Counted from the stretch's first letter, positions 31,701-41,549 are shown. The stretch: DNA of 64,000 bases from a virus (IMGVR_UViG_3300045988_179014:256001-320000); one strand, 5' to 3'. Notes: generated by a model from the sequence alone, not told the origin. Program-made: numbers and translations.

Positions 31701-31967
31701 CGTAAAAAGCAGTTCATATTTGACGTCAGCCGTTTTTGTCTGCTCGTCAATACGTGCTCGGGCTGCGGATTCAATTTCAGGCGATGAAATCAAATCCCCA
31801 TCAACCACTGTGGCTTCAGCTCGAATCTCTTCCAATATTTTAGAAGTGTGGTAAGTCGCATCCCCAATCTTCAACCGTCCTTGATGGTCCTGGTCGTTGA
31901 TTGTATATATGTATAAAACCTTATAACTACCTGGAGACAAAGCTGTGTCCAGAATCGTAGCCGTCAT
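28779..31967 (-). CDS. restriction-modification subunit 1: N-terminal T5orf172/GIY-YIG-like nuclease domain + SF2 helicase (Type III Res / Type ISP-like) + C-terminal MTase motif I
   Basis: N-terminus 'YKVLYIYTIND...GRLKIGDAT...GEWFEV' (GIY-YIG/T5orf172 pattern). Walker A 'MRFGKTLT' and DExH 'IIVDEGHEG'. C-terminal 'TTFFDPSSKTGLYPLYAA' resembles the AdoMet-binding motif I (DPAxGxG). Confidence 0.65.
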   Translation of the reverse strand: MTATILDTALSPGSYKVLYIYTINDQDHQGRLKIGDATYHTSKILEEIRAEATVVDGDLISSPEIESAARARIDEQTKTADVKYELLFTALSIRSSSVPGRYEAFRDYQVHEVLLRSGFSKRFIRQDKNAGEWFEVSLNNAIEAFKAVQGRKSFIDNMDEKPLQIVLRPEQKRAVAETLQIFRSGTVERPKKFLWNAIMRFGKTLTSYSLVQSMPDVSKVLIITHRPVVAAGWSEDFRKMYGAKSDWQFGAKQNLYGVSWDSLDREKPFYYFASIQDLRGSFGVNDEANKDSVEIENVFEKNAQLFSTQFDLIIVDEGHEGTKTPIAERLANNLQGRYWLYLSGTPFNIIDEFDDKVFNWDYIDEQRASERWELARKQWDELGEHAPVPYPGEVNPYGMLPRIEIRHYDILDTLKNPDVADAFENGKINFSFAKFFEIDKNRSVQGRVYDSFSPFKNPRDVAKLLNLIFYNDEYEDDHKLFPFSRNNSKVDFAHTFWMLPSVDACVALHEMLAAQHPEFAVVNATGDNDGGDALLAVKEAIRKNERTITLSAQKLTTGTTVPEWTAVFMLSNMASPLQYMQTIFRVKSVGSLADGRQKEVGYVFDFAPDRSLKMLEKTASGIAQKNRNKDDRESSVLGDMLTYMPIISYDGARFVKHDVDSLLQELRRVFIAEIVSSGFTHRKLFDLNIHDITKAQAKELEDIRQALNINSSKKEISIAASKLTRKGKRILLLEGDESVTNADVNNAYESKAKDQQNAQLILETLRAVASRLPLLIFASEAKEPLTVDNFATHIDDTSWDEFMPQGFTRNMWDVVKAYFDVDVFNGACAKMREQVLDLDACDPLERAAHLTQLFTSFRNPDRETVLTPWAVVNRHMGNAFNGIRFVDDTGNWYCSDGNTHSWDDVVSSQGVLKPEPQWNHTGNDEYDVLWGQDSTTFFDPSSKTGLYPLYAALNMFMHEIQKSGKTVRDMDSVAQRKLWKQIVENRVFVNSRSQQGRAIAQRVLAGCKDYDLNITVVDMVEIQRSLRCAEVSTNTGVKRKLSEEEMRRLMAWVLKPSQGATV

Positions 31968-32457
31968 AAGGTATTCTCCTCTTAGTTGGTTGCATATTTA
32001 TGAGGAATCATAGAAACCTCAAAGTTACACTAGCAAACTCCATTTTATTTGTCAAATACATAGAACTATAAGTAATGACAAAACTGATGATTTTACATAA
32101 TGCTCATCATCGTTTTCATCCTGTTCAGACATCTTGTTTCACCATGTTGTGTTAAACTGTCATCATCCTTGAATGGCATTAACCACAAATAATGAATGAA
32201 GATTCAATTGTCAACATTTCATCACCACAGCATCATATGATGACATTTTGACGCAATGGAATCAAAACCATGGACCAAACCTGTAACGACACAACGAAAG
32301 CAAAACATACGTTGTTTCATACCAGCCAACTTATTTCAACTGCGAATCGTCGTCCCCTTGTATTCATGCAAGTTTGTTTTTGTGCTACAAGAAACATGAG
32401 AAAAAGAAAGAATCATTCCAGTTGTGATAATTGTTTGAATTTGTCACAACCCAACAG

Positions 32458-32913
32458 TCAAAGAATGAAAACGTCTGTATCCATTTCTGAAGTACCATTG
32501 TTTCCCACAATATAAGTCACAGGGCTGGTCATCAGTAAGAAGTCATCTGTTACTGTATTTCCCGGATGAGCAAACAACGCTTTTTCTCTTGTCTGCAAAT
32601 TGACCAGTACCATGTTGACATATAGATGATACTGACCATTGGATTGCTCTTGTTGCACCACCCAATGATTGGATTCAGGTAAAGGACATATTGTATACAC
32701 ACTTTTACTGAGAGTTTCAAATCTCATGGATGGAGGAACAGGCGATGTTCTCTGCAAATCTTTCATCACAGACACCCCATAATTGTTCATGATGATGCTG
32801 TCAGCTGCCATCAATGCCATCTCGTAATCATTGAATCGTTGGTATGAACCATTGTCCCCTGACCATGGAACTGGATGAATATGCCCATGAGGATGTAAAA
32901 CATATTTACTCAT
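32458..32913 (-). CDS. hypothetical protein (151 aa)
   Basis: ORF only. Confidence 0.4.
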   Translation of the reverse strand: MSKYVLHPHGHIHPVPWSGDNGSYQRFNDYEMALMAADSIIMNNYGVSVMKDLQRTSPVPPSMRFETLSKSVYTICPLPESNHWVVQQEQSNGQYHLYVNMVLVNLQTREKALFAHPGNTVTDDFLLMTSPVTYIVGNNGTSEMDTDVFIL

Positions 32914-33078
32914 ATTGAAACCTCCTTGGTTGATTCAATTTGTCACATGTTTCACCTTGTCGTCTAACCAATATGTGTACCCAAGTCCTGTAAACATTGT
33001 ATACAAATCAGTACAGGGCAGATGAGAACTGATTGAAGCCCCCGTCCGCCCTGTTTGTTAGGTTGTATGATTTTGGTT

Positions 33079-34542
33079 TTACTTCTTCTTAGGTTTGACC
33101 CAGAAAACTCGTGACAGAATTGTTTGGTCCTGTTCTTCGTAAGTGGAGTGTTTTTTGATGGTTGCAGATGAAATTGTGACATTTCCGTCTTCATCAGATG
33201 TTACAGGTTTTGGTGAGAAGTAAACAATTTGGTGCCCATCATCATCTACCATGGTTATACGGTATTTGATGATTTCGTAACCGCGATAATCACGTGTTTG
33301 ATATGGGGTACTATCCACTAGGTTGTATTTAGTACCTTTCGGAATCTTGTCTCCTACTTGCCCCACATAACCCGACTTGAACAATGCTGCACGTTCTTCT
33401 TTGGCTTTTTCACGTGCAGCTTTCTCCGCTTCTCGGCGTAGTCTGTTTTTCTCACGTTTGATGCTGGCAACACCTGAAACAAGCAAAGCAACTGTTTTAG
33501 GGGAAACATAGTCACTGGCTATCGCAGTTTTCAGATTGTTCACGTAATCATTTGAATCATCCATTTTGTTGATGAGTGATTTCAATGCAGCAACTTGCCC
33601 ACTTTGGATATACCCTGCGGCTTTGTCGGCCATTTCATTTCGCCATTCTGAATCCACTTGTTTACCACCGAAAATTGCGTTGTCCACATCATCCACAGTA
33701 GCCGACCCATAACCCCAGGAACGTGGAATGAAGTTGTCTCCACCATCAGAAACAGCCAACGCAAACGCCAAGGTCTGGTCCACGTTCCGAGCGCTATAAG
33801 GACCAAAACCTTCAGACTTTCCAGGGTTTTTGAGTTCGTCCAAATCGTCATACTCAAGTGCCCACAATCCTTTTGGTTTGAGTCCCAAGTATGCTTCTAC
33901 ACAAGTTGAACCAATTTGTTTACGGTTACCTTCTTCATCTTCAATGAGATAGGTTTTAGCACGAGACCGTTTCTGCCCACAATGCTCACAATACATGGAT
34001 TCAGGACGCCAACCACCCAATTCGACACCTTCAGCAGTACGTGTTATGAAACCACCCTGTTCCTTGTCCATTACAGCCAAGAATGTGTATCCATTGTAAG
34101 AGATTTTTGGTTCGCTCAATTCAATGTCATAATAAACATCTGCCCATTCAACCAGAACCCCATCACGCATTTCAGAACGTGGTACAAAACGTTCTTTAAC
34201 AGCCATCTCGAATCGTTCATCAATGCCTGCTTTTTCAAGTCTACGGTTGGCTTGAGCAATTGATTTCTCAGCTTCTTCCAGTTTGTCAGCTGCAATACTG
34301 AAACGTGACCTTGTGTAAAAATCGTCAACTGTTTCATGTTTAGACAAGGCTGTTAAAGTCTGAGCATTCATTGAATCTTCATATGCAACTTGCGCATCAC
34401 CAAAACTGTTGTAATGTTCTCCACCAGTTTCTTTTGTTACTGGACAGTTTCCTGGTTGTGCTGTACATGGTTTGGGGCCATCATCTGTTATGTGAAACTT
34501 GCCGCTCATGATACTCCTCCACACATAATGAGGTATTATCAC
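33079..34542 (-). CDS. hypothetical protein (487 aa) with N-terminal 'KFHITDDGPKPCTAQPGNCP' Cys motif and an internal CxxC...C cluster
   Basis: Long ORF; the probable start is the second Met (MSGKFHIT...). The N-terminal motif is shared with the ART-like ORF at 18767-19570. Confidence 0.5.
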   Translation of the reverse strand: MIIPHYVWRSIMSGKFHITDDGPKPCTAQPGNCPVTKETGGEHYNSFGDAQVAYEDSMNAQTLTALSKHETVDDFYTRSRFSIAADKLEEAEKSIAQANRRLEKAGIDERFEMAVKERFVPRSEMRDGVLVEWADVYYDIELSEPKISYNGYTFLAVMDKEQGGFITRTAEGVELGGWRPESMYCEHCGQKRSRAKTYLIEDEEGNRKQIGSTCVEAYLGLKPKGLWALEYDDLDELKNPGKSEGFGPYSARNVDQTLAFALAVSDGGDNFIPRSWGYGSATVDDVDNAIFGGKQVDSEWRNEMADKAAGYIQSGQVAALKSLINKMDDSNDYVNNLKTAIASDYVSPKTVALLVSGVASIKREKNRLRREAEKAAREKAKEERAALFKSGYVGQVGDKIPKGTKYNLVDSTPYQTRDYRGYEIIKYRITMVDDDGHQIVYFSPKPVTSDEDGNVTISSATIKKHSTYEEQDQTILSRVFWVKPKKK

Positions 34543-34575
34543 TAATCTCTAAAAACAAACCAAGTATAATCGCAA

Positions 34576-35448
34576 TCATTTTTGAAGTACGAATCGTGTG
34601 GCATCAATACCAGCTCGTGCCCCATCACCCACTGCAATGGCAACTTGACGATGTTCTGGTTTGGTAACATCCCCAGCTATAAAAAACCCAGGAACATTTG
34701 AACATTGAATGAATCCATCTGCAAACAAAGTTACATGAGGTTTTGCAATACTAGAATTCGGCTCCTGTCCAATAGCCACAAAAACCCCAGTAACCGATAG
34801 TTGCCGGCCATCATCAAGTTGTACTGATTCCACTGAGTCAATGCCATCAATAGAGACAATGGATGATTCCATGGATACTGTAATTCGAGGATGTGTCAAC
34901 AGTTTTTGCACTGCGGGTTCAGTTGCTCGCCATTTTGAACTTCGCACCAACACATGAACTGATGACGCTACTTGTGCGAGGTATAGTGCATCCTCTACAG
35001 CTGTTTCTCCACCTCCAACAACTGCTACATGCTCATCCTCAAAAAACAAACCATCACATGTGGCACAATAAGAAACACCATCAAGATGCTCCCCTGGTAT
35101 GCCTAATTTCCGTGGGGTGGAGCCAGTAGCAAAAACAACTGATTTGGAAAACATTTTTTCACCAGAAACCAATTGAAGCATAAACCCATTATTGTGTGTT
35201 TCAATGGTGTCAACTGTTTCGTGTAATAATTGTGCCCCAAATTTTTCTGCATGTGATAAAAACGCATCGGCCAGTGCACTTCCTGTATAATCTGGCAGTC
35301 CAAGGTAATTGTCTATCTCCTCTGTGGAAAGCAATAAACCACCTTGTGTTTCCCCTGTCAGAACCACAGTTTTCAATCCCGCACGACTGGTGTATAATGC
35401 TGCGGACAAACCAGCAGGTCCAGAACCAACAATTATTGTGTCTATCAC
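34576..35448 (-). CDS. trxB: thioredoxin-disulfide reductase
   Basis: FAD site 'IIVGSGPAGLSAA', redox-active 'CATCDG', NADPH site 'VAVVGGGETA'. GTG start at 35446-35448 is preceded by a perfect GGAGG at -7. The ORF-track start at 35541 is probably an artefact. Confidence 0.8.
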   Translation of the reverse strand: MIDTIIVGSGPAGLSAALYTSRAGLKTVVLTGETQGGLLLSTEEIDNYLGLPDYTGSALADAFLSHAEKFGAQLLHETVDTIETHNNGFMLQLVSGEKMFSKSVVFATGSTPRKLGIPGEHLDGVSYCATCDGLFFEDEHVAVVGGGETAVEDALYLAQVASSVHVLVRSSKWRATEPAVQKLLTHPRITVSMESSIVSIDGIDSVESVQLDDGRQLSVTGVFVAIGQEPNSSIAKPHVTLFADGFIQCSNVPGFFIAGDVTKPEHRQVAIAVGDGARAGIDATRFVLQK

Positions 35449-35537
35449 TCGTAATCCTCCATATGTTTCAGCAAGTATTTTAACGAAACACCACTGAAGC
35501 GAGATTGATGTTTTGTCTGAAGATGTCTTACACCCAA

Positions 35538-36866
35538 TCACAATTCATCATCTGGTGACGACACATCAAGACCTTCCATATGCATTAGTAAAGACAATGG
35601 CAGTTTTGTTTCACGGTACAATTCCAAAACCTCTTTAATCTCAGGTCCTGTGAACCTTTTGTAAGCATATAGTTGATTGTAGTGGTCCCCTTCAGCTGGG
35701 AGGACTTCCGGCAAATCTTTTAGCAATGCCTCAAAATCTTTCTCGTCCCATTCCAAAAACGCCTTATAAACGGGGAAAGAATTAAACAACATCCAAGATA
35801 TGTTAGAAGGATTGCGAATGTCCACTTTATCCACTATTTTATTTGCCAATGCTACTAATTGTTCCTGTTCAGAAGCAGTAGCAATACGTTCCACAACAGT
35901 GGAAAATAGTACATTATCAGTTGGTTTGGCTGGACGGATGCCTTTTCGCAATCTGCTCTCTAGAAACTCTCCCACTTCAATAGGGTCATGTTCTTGGATG
36001 GTTTGGAACAAAATCAACGCATCCTCAATTGCCATGGGAGCCGCAGATAAACCAGGTACAGGAACATGTTTATTCCAGTTGTTGGCATCATCCCACAGAT
36101 AGATGGTCCAATTAACCACTAAATTTCTAATCTCTTCCCTCATCTCAGCCGAAAAACCGAGAAGTGAAGACAATGGCAGTTTTTGGCCAAATGCATTGGG
36201 AGCAGTTTTTCCATTTTCTCCATTGAAGAAAGCCACCAAAGTGTTCATCATCAAACGCTCTTCCCATATAAATGGGGAATTGGTGTCTCCTGCACGAATA
36301 CCAGGACACAAGGGAAAAGTTGGAAACAAATACCCAAAAGCGGAGTCAAAATCCAATTGAGACACATTGGGTGCTATTGGATGAGTTTCAGCAGCTTCCA
36401 ACACTAAATTCTTGGCATCATTGAAAACATTCTCCTTTGCTGACAGAAAACACAGGAAACTGGCAATAGCACACCATTTGGCGCCAGGTTCCAATGATTG
36501 TGAGAGTATCCACTCAATTGTTTCTTTGCAATCTGGAGAATGTGGATAATACTGAAGTTCCCTGTATGGGGTTTGGACCCGATGAGTTACTCCCGGGTTT
36601 GGCATTCTAATTGTCCCCATAACATCAATGTATTCTAGTAATGCATCAATGATAGGTTCTAGCAAACCATCATCCTCCAACAAACCACCATTGTGAATAC
36701 TGAACAAGCGTACCAAGTCACTGGAATCTGTTTTCTTGTGAGCCCGGAAGCGGCGAGGGTGTTTTCCCATGTAAGCATAGATTACCGCTACTCCAGTCCC
36801 CAGAATAATTCTGCGTATCAGCCCACGGTCACGGATTTCTACTGGGTTACGCATTGAACTAGACAT
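35538..36866 (-). CDS. hypothetical protein (442 aa)
   Basis: ORF only. No motif recognised. Confidence 0.5.
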   Translation of the reverse strand: MSSSMRNPVEIRDRGLIRRIILGTGVAVIYAYMGKHPRRFRAHKKTDSSDLVRLFSIHNGGLLEDDGLLEPIIDALLEYIDVMGTIRMPNPGVTHRVQTPYRELQYYPHSPDCKETIEWILSQSLEPGAKWCAIASFLCFLSAKENVFNDAKNLVLEAAETHPIAPNVSQLDFDSAFGYLFPTFPLCPGIRAGDTNSPFIWEERLMMNTLVAFFNGENGKTAPNAFGQKLPLSSLLGFSAEMREEIRNLVVNWTIYLWDDANNWNKHVPVPGLSAAPMAIEDALILFQTIQEHDPIEVGEFLESRLRKGIRPAKPTDNVLFSTVVERIATASEQEQLVALANKIVDKVDIRNPSNISWMLFNSFPVYKAFLEWDEKDFEALLKDLPEVLPAEGDHYNQLYAYKRFTGPEIKEVLELYRETKLPLSLLMHMEGLDVSSPDDEL

Positions 36867-37100
36867 ATGAAAGGCTACCTCTCTGAAGCAATATTGGTTT
36901 CATCATCAACAATAGCATACAATCTGTTCCTGAGCTACTCAGAACATCATAAAAACATAGCCTGTTCCAAAGATATTTCGCTATTCTGTATCATAAAATC
37001 GTAGTATTGGGGAAACGAATTTGCATGACTCAGATTCTAAACGTCTATTGTTTTTGACAGTCCAACGATTTTAAGTATTCAATATATCAAGGATTGAAAA

Positions 37101-37168
37101 GGATATGTTTCCACTCATTGTAATCATTGTTTATTATTGACAACTGATTACACAACGGAAACATATCC
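37101..37168 (-). promoter_or_regulatory. 12-bp perfect inverted repeat (GGATATGTTTCC ... GGAAACATATCC) with a 44-nt spacer, between the 37257-37607 gene end and the 36866 gene start
   Basis: Read from the sequence. On the minus strand it is followed by UUUUCAAUCC. It could be a large-loop terminator or a protein-binding operator. Confidence 0.35.
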
Positions 37169-37256
37169 TAATAACTTAATATACTACATATTTTTAACTG
37201 ATGACTGAATCAGATGATGTTCTAAAAACTACTAATTAACTGTTAACGTGTTTTGT

Positions 37257-37607
37257 TCATGAGTCTAAAGAGTGCTCTAAACACATCAAGCTTACTGTGT
37301 CTCCATAACGTTCATAATTTTGGAGCCATTTGACTTGCCGGGACATCTGCAACAATGATAAATAATTCAAACCCTGACCGTTTCCACTTTGAATCAGCTG
37401 TTCAAGCGCTTTTTCCAAAGTGTTGGCCAGGGTTTTTGTTTTCGAACGTGCTGGATTCGTCCCGAGCACCCCAAGACGTTTGGCAATGCCTGCAATGGTT
37501 GCTCTCTCCCAGATTGATTGAATCGTAGCATCATTATAGTCATCATCAATGGTTGTTGAATCTTTGATGTCAGACTCACAAAGTGGATGGTCCAACAAAA
37601 CACTCAT
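37257..37607 (-). CDS. hypothetical protein (116 aa)
   Basis: ORF only. Confidence 0.35.
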   Translation of the reverse strand: MSVLLDHPLCESDIKDSTTIDDDYNDATIQSIWERATIAGIAKRLGVLGTNPARSKTKTLANTLEKALEQLIQSGNGQGLNYLSLLQMSRQVKWLQNYERYGDTVSLMCLEHSLDS

Positions 37608-37829
37608 AATCGGTCTCCTCTGAACTAGGAACTAATAACAAACATGTAGTTTCATCAGTTCGTGGCAGGTAGGCGAGACTGATTAAATTATCTACAATCA
37701 CCATAATAGACAACCGCGTCCAAACAAGTCAAATCATTCTTCAAAAATGTTTATGCTAAAATAACAACAATATTTAAAAACCATGAAAACAGAAACCATA
37801 GTCTTACCAAAACGCCAGTAAAATCAATG

Positions 37830-38261
37830 TTATTGGTTTGTGGAAGCGATACCGGTCGAGTCTTTGTGTTCCCAGAGTTTCATCAAACCGTTACGAACTC
37901 TGTCCACGTCATCAGGGGTACCCAATAATTCAAATGAGTACAGTAGGGGAATTTGAAGTTTACGACTGATGATTTTACCAGCCAATCCAAAAGCGGTACC
38001 AAAGTTAACATTTCCAGCTGTAATCACACCCAAACAATGTGAACGATTGTCAACATCATTGAGAAACTTAATCACTTGTTTAGGAACTGCTCCTTTTACT
38101 TCCCCACCACCATAGGTAGGAACCACCAATACATATTCCTCATTAACATGCAGAAAAGGGTCTTTTGCCCTCAACGGGATTCTCTCACTTGGAAAACCCA
38201 ATTTCTCCACAAACCGTTTAGTGTTTTCTGTGACGGATGAAAAATACACCAACTTGACCAT
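37830..38261 (-). CDS. nrdI: class Ib RNR flavodoxin-like protein NrdI
   Basis: '[21 protein letters not shown]' is the canonical NrdI N-terminus. ATG at 38259-38261 is preceded by AAAGG. The ORF-track start at 38318 adds 19 aa. Confidence 0.8.
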   Translation of the reverse strand: MVKLVYFSSVTENTKRFVEKLGFPSERIPLRAKDPFLHVNEEYVLVVPTYGGGEVKGAVPKQVIKFLNDVDNRSHCLGVITAGNVNFGTAFGLAGKIISRKLQIPLLYSFELLGTPDDVDRVRNGLMKLWEHKDSTGIASTNQ

Positions 38262-38429
38262 TACATACCTTTCGTCTGAATCTCTCAGTAGTTTAACCAA
38301 TGAAGGAACCAAGAGCACCAGAACACACCAACCACTTCATCCTGTTAACACTGTTCGTTTTGTTGGAGATAAAGTGACAGTGTTTCAATTAAGAATCAAA
38401 GTATGTATCCATTGAGGTTGTTGTATATG

Positions 38430-39668
38430 TTACAGAACCCCTCTGAAAATGTTGGCAAGGTCCGAGATGATGATAAGACTCATGAAAATCAGCACAGGAA
38501 CGCCAGTAATAATTGACATGGCGCCCATCCCGCGTGGACCGATAGGACGATAGACACGACGAGTCAATTTACTGAAACCCATTTTCACACTATCCAGCAA
38601 CGCCATGAAAATGCGTCCACCATCCAACGGCATCAATGGAAGAAACAAGTTGATGAAACCCAATCCGATGTTCAACAATCCAGAATACATGAGCATCATC
38701 TTGAATTTGTTACCATCAGTCAATCGTGTGGATGCAGTGGTGTCACCATATGTTTTCCCCACTGCCACAATAGACGATGGAGCTTCTGCATCCCGTTCTG
38801 TTGTGCCCAGAATATTATTCACCAGGCCAGGAATTTTGGATGGTAGTTTTGCCAATGATTCCGTGTTGAGAACAAACAAGTTTTTCATGGCTTCAACAGA
38901 TTCACCAAAAGTTGCTGTTCGTTCCACACTTGCAAGATTGATACCAATTTTTCCGTTGGTTACTGGTACTGTAAAAGTCTGTTGTGAACCGTTACGTTCC
39001 ACTACAACAGACACTTGGTTTTGATTTGCAAGTAGTGGACTGATTTGGCGACTGTTTTCCACAGGGGTCCCATTAATGCTAACAATGTTGTCCCCTGGTT
39101 GTAATCCTCCTCGTTCCGCACCACATGATTCCCCTGCTTTTATTTGTTCACAACTGTTTACTGTATCAATTCGATTACTGATGAAATTGCTGGGAAATGC
39201 CATCAATATGGTTATTAGGATTGCTGCACCCAGAATCAGGTTCACCACAGGCCCCGCCATGAAAACCAGAATACGTTTCCAAGGTGATACATGAGACAAC
39301 AAGTTCTTTCGAGCCTCGTAATCATCCAAGAGTTTTTGACGTTCCTTCTCTGTCTTTTCTCTTGTCTCATCATCAATGTTGGATTGAGCCAATATGTCAT
39401 CATAAACAGATGTATCTGGTTTGGGTGTTTTGTCATCCTCAATCAACACGAATCCGCCCAATGGAACAGCTTTGACCCCATATTCTGTGCTTTTGTGTTT
39501 ACGAGAGAATATTGTGGGGCCAAATCCGACGAAAAATTTTGGCACATGCAGTTTCACAGCTTTGGCAACAACCATATGACCTGCCTCATGAAGACCAATG
39601 GATACAACCAATATGACCAAGAAAATAATCAAACCACATATCCAGGCCAAACTTTCCGTCAACTGCAT
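38430..39668 (-). CDS. rseP: site-2 protease, M50 family zinc metalloprotease (RseP/Rip1-like) with PDZ domain
   Basis: 'HEAGHMVVAK' HExxH in TM1. Central PDZ-like region 'GLQPGDNIVSINGTPV'. C-terminal 'LNxxP..DGGRI' motif. Confidence 0.8.
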   Translation of the reverse strand: MQLTESLAWICGLIIFLVILVVSIGLHEAGHMVVAKAVKLHVPKFFVGFGPTIFSRKHKSTEYGVKAVPLGGFVLIEDDKTPKPDTSVYDDILAQSNIDDETREKTEKERQKLLDDYEARKNLLSHVSPWKRILVFMAGPVVNLILGAAILITILMAFPSNFISNRIDTVNSCEQIKAGESCGAERGGLQPGDNIVSINGTPVENSRQISPLLANQNQVSVVVERNGSQQTFTVPVTNGKIGINLASVERTATFGESVEAMKNLFVLNTESLAKLPSKIPGLVNNILGTTERDAEAPSSIVAVGKTYGDTTASTRLTDGNKFKMMLMYSGLLNIGLGFINLFLPLMPLDGGRIFMALLDSVKMGFSKLTRRVYRPIGPRGMGAMSIITGVPVLIFMSLIIISDLANIFRGVL

Positions 39669-39905
39669 GATTCAGGCTCCTTTGTTAATCGTTCAGTACT
39701 GAATATTACAGACCTGAATATTAGGACTGCTTTATCAATATCCCAGAATTATTCATTCCTACGCTATCAAATACGTTTCCAAAATCAATCACAACTTTAT
39801 ACAGAATTTGTTTACATGATGAATGAAACCAACTGACCTCATTACAGCTCATTCCAAATACTTATGACAAACATACAGAAAACTGGCCGATAATATTTTC
39901 TTACA

Positions 39906-40763
39906 CTATGGGGATTCAACCACTAGAAGAGCATTGCTTGAAGGCCAAATAACTGTTCCATCTGAAGACATGATACGTACTTTGGATTTCAGGTGTTCTA
40001 TATAGCCTGATTGAACATACTGCTCATGATGCAATATGGTGAACTTGTGTTGTGACAACAATGCGAGATAATCCAGTTCAGTCAATATTCCATACATTTC
40101 CTGTACTTCACGGATTGCTGATTCTGGTCCCCATGTATATGTGTACACTATTTCCATTGCAGACCCCAGATTGCCAATCCAATTGTTTGGGCCGCTTTGC
40201 TGCAAGTTTACGGTCCATGAACTGAATGAATCAGACCAGAAGGGAGAATTGTCAGCATAGTAACACACAAAATCGTCTCCATCAGATTGCAGGAATTGCA
40301 CCATTACTGAATCAGACCAATTGGAGGGTTTGATACCGTCACGTATGACAAGACGACCCCCTGGACGAAGTAATCGACGAAAACTAATCAATGCGTTGTT
40401 CACGTCAATCAAATCACCAGGAACATGAAATGCTTCCCCATATGAATACACTTCATGCATTATTGAGGAACACACAACATTGTCAAAACTGTTTTCAGGA
40501 AACAATGAATCCAATTCAGCTACATGTCCCAATACCCCGTGAATATTGTCATATTGTTGGATACGCGTTTGTGATGATGGGGATGCATCCAAAGCATAGG
40601 TTTCATATCCATGATTTGCCATGATGTGTGACAGTTTGCCGCTACCTGCTCCAACATCCAGAACTGAACCAGGTACCAGCCAATCCAAAATATGCTGTTT
40701 ATCTCCTAATGATGCTTCCATCCGCTGAAAATATGTTGCATCATGACTATCAACCATCACCAT
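39906..40763 (-). CDS. class I SAM-dependent methyltransferase
   Basis: 'SVLDVGAGSGKLS' motif I, and an acidic residue at the end of beta2 ('YALDAS'). Confidence 0.65.
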   Translation of the reverse strand: MVMVDSHDATYFQRMEASLGDKQHILDWLVPGSVLDVGAGSGKLSHIMANHGYETYALDASPSSQTRIQQYDNIHGVLGHVAELDSLFPENSFDNVVCSSIMHEVYSYGEAFHVPGDLIDVNNALISFRRLLRPGGRLVIRDGIKPSNWSDSVMVQFLQSDGDDFVCYYADNSPFWSDSFSSWTVNLQQSGPNNWIGNLGSAMEIVYTYTWGPESAIREVQEMYGILTELDYLALLSQHKFTILHHEQYVQSGYIEHLKSKVRIMSSDGTVIWPSSNALLVVESP

Positions 40764-40949
40764 GAATATGTTCTCTTCCTTTGTTTGTTTTTGGTAACAA
40801 GTATACTAAGCATACATTACACAATTGGAACATCATACTAGTAGTGGTTGAAGAAACAATAATGGTTCACATTCCATCACGCTCTTTAAAAGTGAATATT
40901 ATGGAGTGTGAACCAACAGATTACCGCTAAACTTGTATAAGAATGCGTC

Positions 40950-41330
40950 TTAAGTATTATCTGGCCTTGGATATACTGTTTCTGCGTCAAACAACAGTCT
41001 TACTTGATATCCTGTACCAAAACCAATGGTAACAGGCCTGATAATTTCTGCTACCCCTGAAGTCACTAGACATTCCGTGACGCCTGCTCCTTCTCCATAA
41101 TCTTTGATGAATACTTGATTTGGACCAATGTCAACATTAGGTAGCAGGTTGACACTAACAGAAGTTGGTATATATTCATCTTCCACGGCCAAGCCCAAAT
41201 TACCATCCAGATATCTGAACACACTGACTTCTGCTGGTTCTCCATTATTGTATGGATAAGCTTCTGTTACAACGGGAATTGCCACACCAACTGAACGATA
41301 CGTGCTCACACTGCACCCTTTCCTCTCCAA
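40950..41330 (-). CDS. hypothetical protein (126 aa)
   Basis: ORF only. Confidence 0.35.
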   Translation of the reverse strand: MERKGCSVSTYRSVGVAIPVVTEAYPYNNGEPAEVSVFRYLDGNLGLAVEDEYIPTSVSVNLLPNVDIGPNQVFIKDYGEGAGVTECLVTSGVAEIIRPVTIGFGTGYQVRLLFDAETVYPRPDNT

Positions 41331-41549
41331 ATTTTGTTCATATACAGATTAGCGCAACACATACAAATAATCAACTATCAACAAGTGTTTACACATCACC
41401 TCAAGTAGTAGTGGTACATTGCATTAGGCTCTGCGTATCAAAGCGAAAGATGATAAGAACAATCAAGTAAACAACTATACGTGAAACTAATGAAATTTGA
41501 AGTTGGGGTAATATTCAAGTTCTGTTTGCATTTACACATATATTCATGA

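Noticed and set aside
28899-31774. Many short ORFs on both strands inside the 3.2-kb helicase gene
   Set aside because: All are embedded in a gene with clear Walker A/DExH motifs. They are frame artefacts.
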